This document shows positions 61,001 to 64,000 of a stretch of DNA of 64,000 nt, piece after piece. Below the pieces are notes generated by a model. It saw only the letters and a list, made by a program, of their open reading frames with translations, was not told where the DNA came from and made no database searches. Origin of the DNA: Vicugna vicugna (lineage: Eukaryota); NCBI GenBank assembly GCA_013265495.1, contig MU058781.1, positions 8,661,009-8,725,008 on the forward strand, read 5' to 3'. The stretch's first letter is position 1, and every line of letters begins with the position of its first letter. The position numbers were made by a program, and so were the translations under genes.

Positions 61001-62767
61001 TACATGCATACAAAAGTGTATGTATCAAGTGCTTTTTAAACTGCCATGCCCAGCTTCTTTAATTCTTTTGATACTTAATAGGAATTCTATCATGTTTTAA
61101 TTATCATTTTTCCATTAAAAAAATTCTATTTTACCCTTCCACCCTGATGTCTTCCTTAGAATATAAGAAGAAAAAAAAAATCAGTAGGGAGACAAAAAAG
61201 AAAGCTAAGAGAGAAAGCATAAGCAAGATCTCATTTTGCTGGTAACAGACTACCAGAGGACACCTTCATTTGCTTTCCTCTCCTTAGCTCTGTGTGTGTG
61301 TGCACGTATCGTCTTGAGGTGCTTGTACCAGGCCTCTTCTGGCAATTACTGGCACGTGATAGGCACTCAGGGCTCACATAGGTGTGATTGTTTGTTTTCA
61401 ATCACCCAGTTCCACACGTTAACTGACTAAGCAAATTTCCTTAGCTTCAAAATCCATTTGAGTGTTCAGTGAGGAAGTCCCACCTAACCTTCATTGAAAG
61501 TGAGTGGTCTGCGTTGTAATGACATGCTAAAAGGCAAATGCCAGGAAAGAGTGCTGTAGACGCCTTCCAGGTGATGGGTGTGCTCAGTTACAGTCATGCT
61601 TGTGGCTTGCAGTCTGCATTTGCCCTTAACTATCTGTGTGAAAAGACACTTCCAAAGATAAAATGAGTAAAATCTCTTCACGTATCAGTCTTAACAGATG
61701 AACATTTGTAACTGATTTTGATGATAGACGTTACTTAATTTTGGTTCAAAGTTAGAATATTTTCCCCCACAAAGAAAGAATTCCATTCTCCTCATTAATA
61801 CACTTGTATTACCAAAAAATACATTGTCATTATGTTTTGAATTTCTGTAATAAAAAGTCTACAGGAACTTTTTTTCTTCTCATTATATGAGTACCTACAT
61901 AATAACCTTCTGGCCTGGAAAAATATTTACTGTCTGACCCTTGATAGAAAAATCTGCCACGCCTTTCTTATTGATTGAATGTGGAAAGGGGAGCAATGGG
62001 AACGGGAGACGTGATGCCCACGGTTTCCGGTGGGGCATTGCATTGATGCTTTTGCAGACAGGGAGCTCCAGAGAAGAGGCTGGGTGGTGTGACAAAGATG
62101 AGTAGCTGCATTTTGAGCCCGTGTTTGGGATGCCTGTGGGATATTTTCGGGAGCCTTTGAAAGTTTGGGTCTGGGTTTCAAGAGAGAAACAGGGAATAGA
62201 TGTGCTGTTGTTACAAGACGGTAATAGAAACCAAGGGTATGTTTTTTAATATACTCTATATTCCTTTCAAAAATAAATGTATTTTTCTACTGTGTTGTCT
62301 ATATTTGCAGCAAGGCTCATTTTTCATGGAGTTCCTGAAATACAACTCTGGTCACTAAGTAACTCCTGTTCTTTGATGTCACCCTAAGGGGGCTAATTCA
62401 CATTCTCTTCTTGACTACATGATAGAATTCTCTTTGACTACGTATGACTTTAATTCTTGGCCACATACTAGAAGTAAATTCAGCAGATCTTTTTTGAAGG
62501 CAAAAAAGTACATGCATTTTGGCTCCATCACTGTTGCCTGCAGAAACCACAGTGTTTTTATCAGGGGGAAAGCAAAAAGTTGTTTATAGTGGAAAACATA
62601 ACAAAATCTGTGATCTTTTTGCCTGAGGACTCTTTCCAAAACAACTTACTGTAACAGACATCTAAGGTCAGTATTTCCTAATTAAGGCTGTTTAGCTAGA
62701 GCTGGAGCTCCCAGTCCAAGCCATCACCCATAGGACCGTTCCTTTCTTAAACAACCCCCCACTGTGC

Positions 62768-62826
62768 CACACGCGCGCGCGCGCACACACACACACACAA
62801 ACACACATCCACACACACATACACAT
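62768..62826. repeat. Compound (CG)6(CA)n microsatellite
   Basis: cacacgcgcgcgcgcgcacacacacacacacaaacacacatccacacacacatacacat. Confidence 0.95.
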
Positions 62827-63604
62827 GTCCCTTCCTTAATATAGTGTGTATTTCAAGTTACTAGTCAGCATCTGGGGACCATGCCTTTTTAGCTTAAAAG
62901 AATGTTAGAAAAAGATATTTTACTTCATATCACTAATGATTTTTAACTTTTATTTTTGCCTTTTTCTGAAAACAAATTGAGAAATTCAGCATGCTGAATA
63001 GGGATGTCCCTTCAGTAGCCAATGGCGAGCAGAGAATTTAATGCATTGATATTTTTGTACGTGAGGAACGATTTTTTATATGTAGGCTGTGTGAGATGAA
63101 GCAGCGGCCTGAAGAGGCCACACACTTATCTCTGTTCTTGTCCGCTTTCTTCAGAATGCCTCATTCTAGTGAATACTCAGTAAATATTTGTTTGCTTGAA
63201 CACTCATCAGCAAAATAGAGTTAACAATTGAGGAATAAATAAGTGTAGAAAGGAAGAAAGGAGATACAGACGAGTTACTCTAGTTCTTGAAGAGTAACAG
63301 AAAATTGAGGACTGGCTTGGCTCATCCTTTTTATTTTGTTTTCAGCTGATTTTTCTCTTTCAAGAATGTAACTCTCTGAAGAAAGATAATTTTATTTTTG
63401 AGGTCTTATGAATAGAAATTACTCAGGAATATTCACTATATTTAGTATTCCAATTTTATAATATGAAAAAAATTTAATAGATACAGATATAGAAGCAGCA
63501 AGTCAGTTCAAAGGTACATCTAACTTTATACGTAGGTGTCCCTATAGACTGATAGTCATCCTTCATTTTGTATCTGATTTTTCTACCTTTTGCTCTTTCA
63601 CATT

Positions 63605-64000
63605 GCTTTTATTTTTTTAATTATGGAAAACTTCAAACAGATAGAAAAGGGAGGGTAGTATATTGAGCCCTCACGTACTCACTGGGCTGCAGTGATTATC
63701 AGCTAACAGGCAATCCGTATATTCCGTCTGTCTCCCACCACTCAGCCCCCCCTTTCCTGCCCCAGCACAACTTGATTATTTTGAAGCAAGTTCTGGACAT
63801 TGTATTATTTAATTGGTAAATTCATCAGTTATCTCTAAAAAAAAAAATCTTGTTCATTCTTTTTCCTTTATGGAAAAAAAAAAAGAGAGAAACCAATCTA
63901 ATACCATTGTTCATTGTTACACCTAAAATAAAATGAGTAGAATTCTTTACTGTCAACAAATACCTATTCAGTCCCAAAACTTTCACAGTTGATGCTCTTG
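63605..64000 (-). mobile_element. Old L1 (L1MC4/5-like) 3'UTR, running off the window end
   Basis: ttaattatggaaaacttcaaacagatagaaaag...gattattttgaagcaagttctggacatt...ataccattgtt...acacctaaaa. Confidence 0.65.

Noticed and set aside
1..64000. A novel multi-gene, CRISPR-like or defence-type system
   Set aside because: The window is a mammalian intron landscape. I found no repeat-spacer array, operon-like structure or long unexplained ORF; the longest ORF is 138 aa and low-complexity.

Overview
This is mammalian genomic DNA, AT-rich and CpG-depleted, lying entirely inside the CDKAL1 gene (tRNA-Lys(UUU) t6A37 methylthiotransferase, MtaB/radical-SAM family) on the + strand. It contains three internal coding exons (7515-7611, 25160-25208, 42692-42812; exons 6-8 in human numbering, from recall). 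All have canonical AG/GT sites and splice in frame to ...[89 protein letters not shown].... The rest is intron filled with transposon relics: young and old L1, two tRNA-derived SINEs resembling camelid Vic-1, an internally deleted Tigger1, MER3/MER58, MaLR/ERVL LTRs, MIR and L2. The SINE type, with no Alu, Bov-tA or PRE-1 seen, points to a camelid genome. There is one 40-N assembly gap. I found no convincing novel multi-gene system, and almost all ORF-track entries are chance ORFs or L1 remnants. The best leads are RNA-level and TE-level: inverted L1 pairs flanking a frame-preserving 3-exon block, AG|GT recursive or cryptic splice sites created inside TEs, unusual retrotransposition products, and candidate intronic enhancers. 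Repeat family names and most boundaries are by eye and approximate.
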